64,000 bases of DNA from Phoronis australis (lineage: Eukaryota > Animalia > Phoronida), in assembly GCA_002633005.1 (NCBI GenBank), contig NMRA01000075.1, positions 1,039,872 through 1,103,871 of the forward strand. The letters run 5' to 3'. Of the stretch, positions 62,536 to 64,000 are shown piece after piece. Numbering within the stretch: position 1 is the stretch's first letter; each line of letters starts with the position of its first letter. The notes beneath the pieces are model-generated. The model was not told where the DNA came from. It did no database searches and worked only from the letters and a program-made list of their open reading frames with translations. Position numbers and translations under genes: made by a program.

Positions 62536-62840
62536 TTAAAAATGGCCATTTGGTGGCACAGACTCACCAAACATGTCAGAAAATGGAAATAGGTCGTCAT
62601 CTTCATAATAGAAACCTATGTACGAATTTACATGAAAACCTCTCCAAGAATTACTAGCATTATTTCAGAGATAATAAAAAAACTAAGGTAATTGTTTACA
62701 ATATGACGACAATGACCTACACACATGATTTTGGTATCGTTCGATCCCTCTCATCGTTCTCAATCCAAAAATATAACAAAATGTCTCCTACCTTGCCCCC
62801 TTACAGTTTTATCGTCAAGTTTTTGTTCGCACTATTTCCG

Positions 62841-63179
62841 CGTTGACACCGCCATGTTCAATGGAAAGGAGTCATCTGGCGGCCAAAAACTGAACCAATC
62901 TAGTGACACAGTTCTGTCCGCAGAGCGTCGCTCTTCACAGGTTCAAACCAGAGTCGATCGCGGAGGATTCTTCCCCCCGACCCCACGCTTATAAGTACCG
63001 GCACCGAATCTCGTTGACACCGCCATATTCAATGGAAAGGAGTCACCTGGCGGCCAAAAACTGAACCAATGTAGCGACACAGTTCTGTCCACAGAGCGTC
63101 GCTCTTCACATGCTCAAACCAGAGTCGATCGCGGAGGATTCTTCCCCCCGACCCCACGCTTATAAGTACCGGCACCGAA
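62841..63179. repeat. 171-bp tandem duplication (2 copies)
   Basis: Units start at 62841 and 63012 and are near-identical. Confidence 0.9.
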
Positions 63180-64000
63180 GTGCGTGATCGCATGGACAAT
63201 AATTGACCGTTAAAACCACGACTTCTTCAAGTCACAAGTCTGTGTTCGTGTGGACAAAAATTATCCGCGTTATCTAGTGCGTAAAGTCAAACAACGCAAA
63301 AAAATAAGCCGATCCAGTCAGAGATAGTCTTACTGCTATAAAAATTCGCTTGTCAGTAGACCTTACGCTTACTACGACAATTTAAAGCAGGAGGTCACCC
63401 TCTGGATAAAAATTGTCCGCCTGACTATAGGCCTACGTGTTCTGTACGACGTGAAACAATCGATGGTGGTCGACGTACGGCCGAGGAAATTTTAACACCC
63501 ATGGTTCTCTGAACAAAAACTATCCCTCGCCCTCACCAAGCCATTTTAAGGCTGTGGTGTGCTGACAAAACTTCCGATAAAAAGTTTGATCACGCGCTCT
63601 CTAATTAAGTAGACTGTGACTTGAGAGCAAAGTCGCGTATAGTTGGTACTTATGAAAATCAACAGCCACCACTAGGCTCCCTCACACATTAAGTCCTTGT
63701 GGGTCACGCGCTCTCAAAGCCATTTAAAGCGGATGGTCGTATGGACAATCAACAACAAAACAACGTATTCCTTGACTTAAACATGCACGCACCCAGGAGG
63801 GGTCCGCCGCAGAGAAACAAAAAATCCGAAAACAATTAAGTAGAAAAACGATACAACAAAGGTCCAATAAAAAGAGAAGATTACCAAAATTCGACAAATG
63901 GACAAATCATAGCTATGAACTTACACCGTGAATCTTAGTAAAACAGGGCGTGAATCTTAGTAAAACAGGGCCCTTGATTTTCCGACAGGAAATGTGCCTG

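Overview
Eukaryotic (animal, invertebrate-like) genomic DNA that is intron- and repeat-rich, with one assembly gap at 35201-35567. Two host genes can be supported, both on the + strand. (1) Two internal/3' exons (TM3-TM7) of a cholecystokinin/sulfakinin-type GPCR at 8351-9494; its upstream exons were not found in the window. (2) A complete 15-exon ERCC5/XPG (Rad2-family NER endonuclease) gene, ATG 31621 to TAG 55056. The hand-spliced model is 3348 nt (1115 aa plus stop), all phases are consistent, and introns 1 and 13 are minor-spliceosome (U12, GT-AG subtype). The rest is a dense mosaic of mostly decayed mobile DNA: several Helentron-associated non-autonomous elements (HINE/DINE-1-like), a 2.4-kb TA-flanked MITE with perfect TIRs, a TTAA-flanked Kolobok-like element, piggyBac relics interrupted by a Harbinger-like Myb element, THAP fragments, a CR1/L2-type RT fragment joined to a Penelope GIY-YIG fragment, tRNA-derived heads, foldbacks and micro/minisatellites. 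The most striking non-genic observation is a HINE in ERCC5 intron 11 whose ~451-bp tandem core carries 9-11 co-oriented CTCF-consensus motifs at ~150-bp spacing. I found no evidence of a wholly new protein-coding system. All calls are from manual reading, with no database searches.
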